From contig JBGSTX010000212.1 of the NCBI GenBank assembly GCA_041736305.1, positions 1 through 19,702 on the forward strand: 19,702 bases of DNA, read 5' to 3'. Every line of letters starts with the position of its first letter. Position 1 is the first letter of the stretch. The translations under genes were made by a program, and so were the position numbers. The notes beneath the pieces were generated by a model that ran no database searches, was not told the DNA's origin, and saw only the letters and a list, made by a program, of their open reading frames with translations. This stretch comes from Oligoflexus sp. (lineage in GTDB: Bacteria; Bdellovibrionota_B; Oligoflexia; Oligoflexales; Oligoflexaceae). Positions 1 to 9,252 of this stretch are shown in pieces.

Positions 1-615
<615 letters not shown>

Positions 616-717
616 TTAAGTAACCCTGTAGGGTCTGATGCTGTTTTCTTAATTCTGCCGGCGGAGATTCCTCAGCCTTTGTTAAGTCGTTAGGACGCAG
701 TTCGCCTATCCGTTCTA

Positions 718-745
718 AACGTAAGACCGGGATTGCCCCTGTCAA
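718..745 (-). promoter_or_regulatory. candidate sigma70-type promoter for dnaK
   Basis: The minus strand reads TTGACA-N16-TACGTT, about 115 nt upstream of the dnaK start. Confidence 0.4.
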
Positions 746-789
746 CCGACCAATCATGATAAGATATAAGAAAGAGGGAGGACCCGGCG

Positions 790-1914
790 GTGTACGAATT
801 ACAATGCCCTTCGTGTAATAAGGCATCCCAGTATAATTTCTCAGATTATCTGCTACTTTGCCCATTCTGCTCGGCTACCTTTAAATTCGCCGCCGAATCT
901 GGTCAAAAGGAGATATTCGGGGATCATTACATCGTACCCAACCTCCTTGACGCGGGGGCGGTTAAAGAGCTCGCTCTCGAATGGATCCGACGCATCCATC
1001 ACAAGCCTGGAACAGTCGATAAAGAATTCTTTGTCGTTGATGTGCAGGGTTTTAGCGTGCCTCTCTGGATTGTTTCACTCGAGGGCCATACCGCATGGAA
1101 AGGCCTGGTTCGCAAACAAAACAGAACCATCATGTCTCACTCGGCGAACGAATACTTAGTCGAAACAGGACAATTTCGCAGAAGCTATCGGTGGGCGATC
1201 TCCGCACGATCAAACATTTGTGAAACATGGGGGCTGACTCGCCTGCATGAGCCGACGGAGTCTATAAGCGTTGAATGGGACGGCTTTCCCTTCGACTCAA
1301 CTTTTTCCCGTGGCCGGCTCATGGATGACGAGCAACCTGCAGCCTACGAATCACGTCATTACTTCGAATTTAAATATTCGAATAGTTTACCCATTTTAGG
1401 AATTCAAGTCGACGAGCACGAAGGTTTGCGCCGTGCCCGCAATCACGTGGAGCTATACCACTACAAGCTCTCTTGCCTCAACGCCGACTATCTTCTCGAT
1501 TATCGAACAGAGTTAGAGGTTGCAGGCATCCAACTTATCCATGTTCCCATTTGGAAAGTTGGCTATATTTATCGGCCTCGAAGTCTCGCGAGACACTTCT
1601 ATAAGCCTAAAGAAAAACGTCTCATTATCGATGGTTACGCAAGAGGCATATTAACGGCTGAGCTGGCGATGGTCTACCATGACAAGGTGATGATCAATGC
1701 CTATGTTACAGCCTTAGCTGCGATATTCTTCTTTCTACTCGGCATTAGTTGGCATCCTGCCCTGCTTCTCGTCGCTCTGTTCTCAGGATTTATATCCGGC
1801 TTCAGCGTTTACACGAGCCTAAAGAAGAAAGCCGCTAAAGAAGAAGAAGAGCTCAAAAAGCTCTCTGCTTCGATAGGCAGTATGACTTCTACTTCACAGC
1901 TCCGGGCATCCTAG
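790..1914 (+). CDS. Zn-ribbon-containing membrane-anchored hypothetical protein
   Basis: GTG start after GAGGGAGG. N-terminal CPSC...CPFC pair, two C-terminal hydrophobic helices, then a charged tail. Confidence 0.8.
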   Translation: MYELQCPSCNKASQYNFSDYLLLCPFCSATFKFAAESGQKEIFGDHYIVPNLLDAGAVKELALEWIRRIHHKPGTVDKEFFVVDVQGFSVPLWIVSLEGHTAWKGLVRKQNRTIMSHSANEYLVETGQFRRSYRWAISARSNICETWGLTRLHEPTESISVEWDGFPFDSTFSRGRLMDDEQPAAYESRHYFEFKYSNSLPILGIQVDEHEGLRRARNHVELYHYKLSCLNADYLLDYRTELEVAGIQLIHVPIWKVGYIYRPRSLARHFYKPKEKRLIIDGYARGILTAELAMVYHDKVMINAYVTALAAIFFFLLGISWHPALLLVALFSGFISGFSVYTSLKKKAAKEEEELKKLSASIGSMTSTSQLRAS

Positions 1915-1922
1915 ACAAAGGT

Positions 1923-2360
1923 CTAGAGGCTCTCGTTGCCAGGCCCGAGTTCGCCGGCTTCAGGGAGCTCATGCGTACGCGGCAGAGGAAGTGCCGGCAT
2001 TTTCATGAGGTCTTCCAGACGTTCGCGCAACTCCTTTTCATGGACGGGCTTCTTAAGAAAATGTGAAGCTAGGATTTCCTGTTCATAGGCGGCCATAACG
2101 CGAGGTTCGATCGCTAGAACAGAAATAATTAGGCAGCGAGGTGGATCCGGCAGCTTGCGGAGATTGCGATAGCATTCAATACCGTCCATCTCGGGCATTA
2201 TAATGTCGAGAGTCATCAGATCAGGCTTCAGCTCTTTAGCAAGTTCCAAACCTTCAATCCCGTTGTTCCCTTCCCCTACTATCGTCCAGCCTAGACGGCT
2301 GAGAATCTGCCGCAAGTCAGCACGCACTCGAGGCGAATCATCGACGATTACTGCACGCAT
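1923..2360 (-). CDS. single-domain (CheY-like) response regulator
   Basis: VIVDD, PDLMTLDIIMPEMDG (phospho-Asp), conserved S and KP are all present. ATG at 2360 follows GGGGG and is preferred over 2426. Confidence 0.93.
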   Translation of the reverse strand: MRAVIVDDSPRVRADLRQILSRLGWTIVGEGNNGIEGLELAKELKPDLMTLDIIMPEMDGIECYRNLRKLPDPPRCLIISVLAIEPRVMAAYEQEILASHFLKKPVHEKELRERLEDLMKMPALPLPRTHELPEAGELGPGNESL

Positions 2361-2435
2361 GCTAGCCCCCACTTTAAAGCTTCTCAAAACTTCTTTAAAC
2401 CTACGGCACTTACAGCAAAACAGCAAGCCAGATGC

Positions 2436-3602
2436 TCAGTGGCGACCTGACCGTCGTCCTCCAAAAAGCCAGCTCAGTGTCAGGGCCCAGCTGAGACTGC
2501 GTGCGAGATGTTCAAGTCCTCTTGACCAGCCAAGGGTGGAGGAAGCCCAGAGAGACTCCTGGATATTCTCAAAGTTTGCTAAGGTGCGATGAAGCAGAGT
2601 CAGAGTTTGATTGACATACTCCCCCCCACCGCCAATCCCCAAAAGCGCGAGGAGTAAAACGCTGTTCCAGATCGGTTCGAGTAGAGGATTGAGAAGGAGT
2701 GCTATTGGGCTAAAGCCCCCGAAATAGGCGAGACTCATCGTCGCAATTGCCAGTTCTCGAAGGAAAAAACTCGACAGACCAGTTTTAGAGACCGGAAATC
2801 GCCCTAATATCGCCGATGCAGACCAGCTTAAGGCATTGGAAAGAGAGATAAAACTCAGGGGAAAAAAGAGGGCTTGAAGAAAGCTCGCTACCCTCCATAT
2901 CGTTTCGGGACGCGTCCTACCTATGATGAGTGGCCACCAGCTCGTCAGTATCCCAATAATAAATGCTCGCTGACACGGCGGCGGGAACCCTACCATGAAA
3001 CCATAGAATCCGAGACAGACCCATAGCAAAAACAGTTGAAAGAGATGGGTGGCGAACCAGGCTCGAAAGTCAAGAATGCGGCCAATATACAAAAGCCTTG
3101 TTGGAAGCCCCAAGACCGAAATTCCAAGTCGACCCAAAAACGCAAAGTGGGACCCGCTAATAACGAGGACGTGAAGAAGTCCGAGATTCTTATAGAGCTC
3201 GATCAAATCCCCCTGGCTTCCATCGAGCTGGCCTCCCACTAAACCTAGCGCCCAAGCGCCCCATACCGGGTCCCAGGCGGCTGTCGACCTTGCCAGCCAA
3301 TTCTGAGCTAGAGACAGAGGCTCACCGAACCAGCTTGAAAGGAGAAAGCGATAAGCGGGCTCGGCTGCAACTGGGCTCTGGCACAAAAACCAGTAGAACT
3401 GATCACAGGACCGGGCGACATCTATCTGATTCCATATGCCAAACCAGATGCCACCCGCCAGAAAAGCGAGAGCTTTAAACCAAGTACCGAGCAGCAGAAC
3501 CACGAGAGAGGAACCGAAAACGAGACTTCCAAATATATCTGTCTTTCCAAAGAAAGCCGTAAAAACTGCAGCGAAGCCTAGACCCCCGACAAAGTTAAGC
3601 AT
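2436..3602 (-). CDS. comEC: ComEC/Rec2-family competence membrane protein (competence domain only)
   Basis: GLLHVLVISGSHF matches the ComEC HxxxxSGxH motif, followed by PPCQRAFI and LSWSA-like motifs and many TM segments. Start is uncertain (3602, 3662 or 3701). Confidence 0.8.
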   Translation of the reverse strand: MLNFVGGLGFAAVFTAFFGKTDIFGSLVFGSSLVVLLLGTWFKALAFLAGGIWFGIWNQIDVARSCDQFYWFLCQSPVAAEPAYRFLLSSWFGEPLSLAQNWLARSTAAWDPVWGAWALGLVGGQLDGSQGDLIELYKNLGLLHVLVISGSHFAFLGRLGISVLGLPTRLLYIGRILDFRAWFATHLFQLFLLWVCLGFYGFMVGFPPPCQRAFIIGILTSWWPLIIGRTRPETIWRVASFLQALFFPLSFISLSNALSWSASAILGRFPVSKTGLSSFFLRELAIATMSLAYFGGFSPIALLLNPLLEPIWNSVLLLALLGIGGGGEYVNQTLTLLHRTLANFENIQESLWASSTLGWSRGLEHLARSLSWALTLSWLFGGRRSGRH

Positions 3603-3763
3603 GAGAAGTCCCTCGCCCCCTAATCCAAATCTCGACCTAGAAACTAGGAGATACGGAGACATGGGTCGATAGACATCTTCTGATGCAGTCAGAAACTGCA
3701 AATATTCTGGAATGCCTCACTGAAATCAGATAAGCTCGAAAAAAATCACAAAAAGGGGAAAAC

Positions 3764-5287
3764 TTGAGAATGATCCGGCAGATCGCGTATCATATTTTGT
3801 GGTTAATCCCCAGTCTTCTCCTAATCGAACTTCTCAGCCTTAAGAAAATATTTCTTATGACCAGCGATCTGGGCAGGCACCTTAGTGATGGGCGTTTAGT
3901 TTGGGGCAACTTTGATTTGCTTCGTAGCAATTTTTACTCATACACCTTCCCCGACTTCTCTTTCGTTAACCACTCGTGGGGTGGAGGGGTCCTGCTCTAC
4001 TCAGTTTTTTCTCTTTTCGACTTCAAGGGCTTATCGCACCTGCATGCTTTAATTATGACATTGACTGCGCTACCTCTACTATTTATTGCTCAGAAAACTC
4101 GTGGTTTTCGCGTTACATTCTTTTTAAGTCTCCTTGCATTGCCGCTTATAACTGCAAGAACTGAAATTCGACCCGAAACTTTTTCTTATCTCTTTACTAC
4201 TACTTTCTATCTACTCCTCTGGCTATGGCGGCAAGGCTCAATACCTAGAAAAAGCCTATTCATTTTGCCATTTTTGATGATTTTTTGGGTCAACATTCAC
4301 ATATACTTTTTTTTGGGGCTGGTTCTGCTTGCGCTCTATCTACTAGATGAATGGCTGAGAGTAAAATCCTGGACTCAAGATCTCAAAACTCTCGTTGGCG
4401 CTACGCTGCTGAGCTCTCTCGCCATCTTTTGCAATCCTTCAGGCTGGAGATTGCTGATCTTTTCCGCGAGTCTTTTTCGTAATGATAAGCAGCTGGGCGA
4501 ATATCAGTCTGTATCATTCTACTGGAATCAAGCTATGCCTATTTCAGGTTTCGCGGCTTTTCACGGTGTGGCTCTCCTCCTCATAATCGGCAGCATATTT
4601 TACGTTCTGAAAAAAAAGTCTCCCCTTTCTCCCTTAGGATTCTTCGCCTTGATTTGCCTCCTCATGAGCACGGTATCTGTAGGGAATTTTAGCCTGCTTG
4701 GGTTCTTTGCAATACCGGCTCTGGCCCAGGCAGCCCCCGAAAACACAGCTCCTTCTCTGCGAAAAATCTGGTTATGGTTACTAAGTACCTCCACGATTGT
4801 GAGCTTTGCTCACTGGTTCCAGTTCGTACCATTTATAGGCGAACAGTTCGGGAGTGGCCTTTTCAATAAAGTTGAAAACTCAGCGAAGTTTTATCAGGAG
4901 CAGGCAATCAAAGGTCCGATCTTCAACAATTATGAAATTGGGAGCTATCTGATATTCAATCTTTTCCCTGCTGAAAAAGTCTTTATCGATAAGCGCCAAG
5001 AGGCTTATCCAAGAGATTTTTTCAATAATCAGTATAGAGAACTACAAGATAATCCCGGAGCTTGGCAGAATGCGCTGGATCGCTTTGGTTTTAATAGCAT
5101 CTATTTCTATCGTCTTGATAATTCGCCAGCTGCCCAAGGCTTTCTCCTGAGGCGCATCGAAGATCCTTCTTGGGTGCCTGTCTATGTCGATCAACTCGCC
5201 ATTATTTTCGTTAGAAACACGGAAGGCAATCAGGCAGTCATCGAAAAATTCAAACTACCTAAGGAGATGTTCAAACTCGGATCATGA
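3764..5287 (+). CDS. polytopic membrane protein, putative GT-C-type glycosyltransferase-like family
   Basis: About 11 hydrophobic segments. First-loop motif DLGRHL..G..YSYT.PD..FVNHSW, then RPE, WVNIH, NPSG, and a C-terminal IFNNYEIGSYL...VFIDKR..Y domain. The function is an inference. Confidence 0.7.
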   Translation: MRMIRQIAYHILWLIPSLLLIELLSLKKIFLMTSDLGRHLSDGRLVWGNFDLLRSNFYSYTFPDFSFVNHSWGGGVLLYSVFSLFDFKGLSHLHALIMTLTALPLLFIAQKTRGFRVTFFLSLLALPLITARTEIRPETFSYLFTTTFYLLLWLWRQGSIPRKSLFILPFLMIFWVNIHIYFFLGLVLLALYLLDEWLRVKSWTQDLKTLVGATLLSSLAIFCNPSGWRLLIFSASLFRNDKQLGEYQSVSFYWNQAMPISGFAAFHGVALLLIIGSIFYVLKKKSPLSPLGFFALICLLMSTVSVGNFSLLGFFAIPALAQAAPENTAPSLRKIWLWLLSTSTIVSFAHWFQFVPFIGEQFGSGLFNKVENSAKFYQEQAIKGPIFNNYEIGSYLIFNLFPAEKVFIDKRQEAYPRDFFNNQYRELQDNPGAWQNALDRFGFNSIYFYRLDNSPAAQGFLLRRIEDPSWVPVYVDQLAIIFVRNTEGNQAVIEKFKLPKEMFKLGS

Positions 5288-5335
5288 CGCAAAAAAGCCC
5301 CAGAAACACGCGCTGTCTCTTGGGGCTTTTTTGCG
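5288..5335. terminator. bidirectional intrinsic terminator
   Basis: Perfect 15-bp inverted repeat CGCAAAAAAGCCCCA / TGGGGCTTTTTTGCG with A6/T6 tracts, between convergent genes. Confidence 0.9.
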
Positions 5336-5348
5336 AAAACGCTCAGTA

Positions 5349-6287
5349 TTAAGCGTAATGGGCCAAAGGTGCCAGAGCCGGCTGTACTTTAGAAAAGCCG
5401 CTATCGAAACCCACATCTTTAACAGTGGGGTAAAACTCTTCCAAATATAAATCTTTTTGAGCAAGAAGAGCCGTAAGCGCTTTTGCATGCAAGCCATGTC
5501 CACTCTTGTAAGCGTAGATCTCACAGAGAAGGGGGGCGCCCAGCAAACTGAAGTCACCGATCAAATCCAGCAGCTTATGCCTCACAAATTCGTCGTGAAC
5601 TCTCAGTCCAGTTTCATTGAGTACACCGAATTCTGTGACTACTACTGCATTATCGAGTCCACCACCAAGGGCCAAACCCTTCTCATGCATGGATTGCACA
5701 TCACTAAGGTGACAAAAGGTGCGCGCATCGGCAATCGTAAGAAAACTTTCAAGACTTTCCCGATAATCAATCGACTGAGAGCCGATCACCCGGGATTTAA
5801 AATCTATCGAACATTTAATTCTTTGGGACTCTGATGGCTCAAGACGAAGGTGCTTATCACCTTCTTCAAGAAGAAAACTTCGCTTGAGCCGATACGCCTT
5901 AGCGGGGGCTGCTTGCTCGAGCAGACCAGTCCTTATGAAAGTCCTCACAAACTCAGACGAGCTACCATCCATGATGGGGACTTCAGGAGCATCAACGTGG
6001 ACCAGAGCGTTCGAAATCCCTAAACCTGCAAAAGCAGCCATAAGGTGCTCTATCGTTGCAATTGATTGGGCACCTTGTCCCAGCTTTGTGCAGAGAGCCG
6101 TACAGGTGATCTGGTCTGCGTGTGCCGCAATGGGTTTACTATGAGGGATGTCGGTCCGCAGGAAAACAATCCCGGTGTGAACAGGAGCAGGGCTTACGGT
6201 CATGTGAACGACGCGTCCACTATGGAGACCTTTTCCTGTAAAACTCACCGCATTTTGGAGAGTCGATTGCCAACGGTTTAACAACAT
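5349..6287 (-). CDS. lpxC: UDP-3-O-acyl-N-acetylglucosamine deacetylase
   Basis: QSTL...GKGLHSG, TIEHLMAA, EVPIMDGSS, ARTF, HKLLDLIGD and KSGH motifs. ATG at 6287 follows AGAGG. Confidence 0.98.
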   Translation of the reverse strand: MLLNRWQSTLQNAVSFTGKGLHSGRVVHMTVSPAPVHTGIVFLRTDIPHSKPIAAHADQITCTALCTKLGQGAQSIATIEHLMAAFAGLGISNALVHVDAPEVPIMDGSSSEFVRTFIRTGLLEQAAPAKAYRLKRSFLLEEGDKHLRLEPSESQRIKCSIDFKSRVIGSQSIDYRESLESFLTIADARTFCHLSDVQSMHEKGLALGGGLDNAVVVTEFGVLNETGLRVHDEFVRHKLLDLIGDFSLLGAPLLCEIYAYKSGHGLHAKALTALLAQKDLYLEEFYPTVKDVGFDSGFSKVQPALAPLAHYA

Positions 6288-6337
6288 ATAGAGCCTCTTA
6301 GAGAAAAAGAGAGTCAGATCAAGAGCCAAGCCCTTCT

Positions 6338-6354
6338 ATGCAACCAGCGTACCA
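6338..6354 (-). promoter_or_regulatory. sigma54 (-24/-12) promoter of lpxC
   Basis: The minus strand reads TGGTACGCTGGTTGCAT: exact GG-N10-GC spacing and one mismatch to TGGCACG-N4-TTGCW, about 50 nt upstream of the ATG. Confidence 0.8.
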
Positions 6355-6445
6355 AGTAAACCTCGAGCTAATTCTTTATAAGAGCTTTAAATGATTCAGG
6401 TTAGTCATACCATAAGACGTAGGTATTATTCTGGGGTGTGGTACG

Positions 6446-6476
6446 CTTGCAACACCTTACAAAGTGGCGTTGCAAG
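6446..6476. repeat. inverted repeat CTTGCAAC-N15-GTTGCAAG (activator site or 3' RNA hairpin)
   Basis: Perfect 8-bp arms, extendable to 11 bp with one G-U on the minus strand. No U tract follows. Confidence 0.55.
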
Positions 6477-6487
6477 AGGAACACATT

Positions 6488-8296
6488 TCATCCGTTGAGT
6501 TCGGCTTGTAGATCTGAATAAAACCGACGCCTTTGCCCCATCCGTGAGGCATAAATTGAAGCCGATCCCCATGACTCTGGATAGCCCATTGCGTCGGCAA
6601 GGTAGAGATCAGCTTCCACATTAGACAGGATAGAAGAAGTTTTCACGAGCTCGCGAGTCAGATCCAGGCAAAAACTACTAAGGTAGTTATTGAGCCAGCC
6701 AGGACCTCGCCTCGAATCTGATTTACGACGAGTCTGAGTGAACTCGACCAACCCTTTCCAACTATTTATATCGAGCACTGAACGATCAAGTTCAAAACTT
6801 CCGAGAGAGTCGGGAATTGAGACCTGGGTCTTAAGACTCAATCGATAGTCAAGAAATCTCTGCCAGTGCCTTTCGCTTCCAAGCAAATTCCAATCTAAAC
6901 TACGCAGCTGCTCGAGCAGACTTGTCAGGCTTTCGCCACTTGCACGACTGTAAAGAACAAGGCTTTGCAAGGCGAGAGACTTCACTATAAAAAGCAGAGG
7001 CACCCTAGTGCTTGGTGCATTTACACAGTAGACAGCCTGAAAAAATTTACTAAGGTGAGGAGCGTGCTCTCTTTGCTTTTCACTGATCTCAATCACTTGT
7101 CGATCCATGCTTTGTGCAGCGAGTGCCCAACCCTGAATTTCGATATTTTTGTGCCGAAATCGTACATTTCGAAAGCTGCCGAAAGCCAAGGTCGGAAACA
7201 GAGGCTGAGCGGGGCTTTGGCCAACGTACCAAGAAATTTGCTTCTCAAAAACCTGCAAAGGCTGTTTGCGATAATGACTTTCAACTTGTGAAAGCATTGC
7301 TTCCAGGTTTTCTCGCAGAGAATCCGCTCGGTTTGAAAAAAAGCAGATGCGGTAAGCAGAATCAAGCAAACGTGAAACGATGGATAGAGGTGGTAAAGAC
7401 TCACTAATATCGAGATAAACAAGATCAAACGAGGAGTGAAGTGGCCGTGTTTCTACATACTGAAGTCCTCTCTGTAGCCAGGCTATATAGGGCGCTTGGC
7501 AGAGAAAGTGGGCTGCGCTGTCGATCAGTTCGTAATCAAGTCCGGCCTGCACTTCATTGCGACGATTGGAACGGGAAAGATAGGCTTCGAGGTGATTTTT
7601 AGCGAGAATAGGAACTCCCCGATCGACCCATAGATGATCCGGCGCACGGCTGCGAACAGAACTGCGGGCTGCTTGGCCGCTTTCGTGCTCCCATGCTTCA
7701 ATCTGTCTCTGCGCCCAAGGCAGAAGAACGACTCGCCAATCTTTCCAAGATAGGGCGGCATCGACCAACCCAAACTGAACAGCTTCTTCGGCCTTCCATA
7801 ATGTCTGTCGCTGCCAGAATTCAATTAACTTGGGTTTTCTCTGGAGTTGGAGAGCAAGCCAACCAAGAGCAGGAAGCTGGCCAATCGCAATTTCAGGGAA
7901 ACCAAACCAGGTTTCTGTGTCAAATACAAAGCGCCTGTGACAGGCAAACATGAGCTCGGCCATTGTCCCGATACAGCTTTTCTCAGTAATGTAAAACCAT
8001 GGTACTGCTGCTTCCTGAATATGCCGCCGTATACGATAGAGCCGCCCCAAGCGCCAGCGCAGCTCATCGCGCAGAATACGGCTGCTCAGTTCCTGGAGCC
8101 AGTCCGGATCAAAATCGCTACAATGTGATTTTTGTATCCAGAGAACAGCCTGGATTTGCCCTTTTGCTGCCAGCCCGTAGCTATGGTGAATGAATTTTTC
8201 GAGTTCAGAAATCTCGTGGTCTGCCCGCGAAGATAGGATTGAACCTTCGAACGACCAGTCTGCCAAGAGGAGATTGTCATGCTGCTCGAAATTCAA
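6488..8296 (-). CDS. highly diverged FadB/FadJ-like protein (crotonase domain + degenerate 3-hydroxyacyl-CoA dehydrogenase domain)
   Basis: Crotonase motifs PW...CIGTMAELMFACHRR...FGFPEIAIGQLP and AEEAVQFGLVD. The C-terminus EADLYLADAMGYPESWGSASIYASRMG resembles the FadJ tail. No GxGxxG. The TTG start overlaps the upstream TGA. Confidence 0.8.
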   Translation of the reverse strand: MNFEQHDNLLLADWSFEGSILSSRADHEISELEKFIHHSYGLAAKGQIQAVLWIQKSHCSDFDPDWLQELSSRILRDELRWRLGRLYRIRRHIQEAAVPWFYITEKSCIGTMAELMFACHRRFVFDTETWFGFPEIAIGQLPALGWLALQLQRKPKLIEFWQRQTLWKAEEAVQFGLVDAALSWKDWRVVLLPWAQRQIEAWEHESGQAARSSVRSRAPDHLWVDRGVPILAKNHLEAYLSRSNRRNEVQAGLDYELIDSAAHFLCQAPYIAWLQRGLQYVETRPLHSSFDLVYLDISESLPPLSIVSRLLDSAYRICFFSNRADSLRENLEAMLSQVESHYRKQPLQVFEKQISWYVGQSPAQPLFPTLAFGSFRNVRFRHKNIEIQGWALAAQSMDRQVIEISEKQREHAPHLSKFFQAVYCVNAPSTRVPLLFIVKSLALQSLVLYSRASGESLTSLLEQLRSLDWNLLGSERHWQRFLDYRLSLKTQVSIPDSLGSFELDRSVLDINSWKGLVEFTQTRRKSDSRRGPGWLNNYLSSFCLDLTRELVKTSSILSNVEADLYLADAMGYPESWGSASIYASRMGQRRRFYSDLQAELNG

Positions 8297-9249
8297 GGCT
8301 TACGAATCCTTTCTGCAAAGTGGCATCGGCCATTGATCGGGATATGAATAAAAGCAGCGTTCGGTTCAGGAGTTAAAAGAAATTCCCAGTAGCTACTCAA
8401 GGGGTTAGAGTATCCAGCCCATTGCGGTAGTCGGACCTGGTCTGCGGCGACTCCACGGCTTCGAAGCTCTTCCCAACACGCAGGCAGAAGTCCCTTGATC
8501 TGAGAATAGACGAAAATCTTAGCAAAATGTCTTGGATAAATGCTTCTCTCACCTAGCCATTGATCCCACTGCTTAAAAAGATCAGCAACCCCTTGAAGAC
8601 CTTGACGAAAGTCACCTGTTCCACAATCCCTCCCACGCAGCTGGATGAGGTCACCAGCAGATTGCTCCGGCAGTTTTTCAATGTCTGAAAGTGGCTCCAT
8701 ATACGCTTCTATCATTAAAACTTGCCGTTTTTGCCTATCACTTGAGTTCTCGCGCTCAGATCGGCGACGCCTCTGGGGCTCGAGAGCCACAAATTTCTGC
8801 AGAGGGTCAATCAAGAGGTACTCGCGCTCCGACACACCGTAGACTCGTTCCTGAACTTCGAGCAGTTGTTCAAAAGAACTCAAGTCAAATGGCTTGACTT
8901 TGAGCAGTGATAGTTCCAAAGCGGTGCGAGTGACTTCGTTTTGAGTCAGGGGATTTTCGTCAACGATTTGGGCAAAGCAGCAGTTAGTGCGTGGCTCTTT
9001 GATGACTGCGTTCCAAAGATCCGACAAGCTGTTGAGAAAAGTTGTGCGCCCAAAAAAATTGGAAATTCCGGGTCGCTGGGCGTCAGCCGACGCATAAAGT
9101 AGAAGTTCGGGCTTGTATGGAAGACGGTGCAAACGTCCTAGTATAAGAGAATCCATAGCGCGAGGTCGCTGCATACCCTTATCGAGAGCCGCCATAGAAG
9201 GCCGCTGAATAGAACCCGAGAGAATGCAGTTGGTCTCGTAAGCATACAT
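8293..9249 (-). CDS. highly diverged thiolase-fold (FadA/FadI-like) protein lacking catalytic residues
   Basis: Colinear manual alignment to the thiolase consensus: MDSLILG~IDDVILG, RPGISNFFGRTTFL~VPGVTINRFCASGL, ENSS..QVLMIE~GNSS..AVLLMSE, FAKIFVYSQI~IDLFEINEAF, AGYSNPLSS~IALGHPLGA. It sits immediately upstream of the FadB-like gene. Confidence 0.6.
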   Translation of the reverse strand: MYAYETNCILSGSIQRPSMAALDKGMQRPRAMDSLILGRLHRLPYKPELLLYASADAQRPGISNFFGRTTFLNSLSDLWNAVIKEPRTNCCFAQIVDENPLTQNEVTRTALELSLLKVKPFDLSSFEQLLEVQERVYGVSEREYLLIDPLQKFVALEPQRRRRSERENSSDRQKRQVLMIEAYMEPLSDIEKLPEQSAGDLIQLRGRDCGTGDFRQGLQGVADLFKQWDQWLGERSIYPRHFAKIFVYSQIKGLLPACWEELRSRGVAADQVRLPQWAGYSNPLSSYWEFLLTPEPNAAFIHIPINGRCHFAERIRKP

Positions 9250-9252
9250 AGT

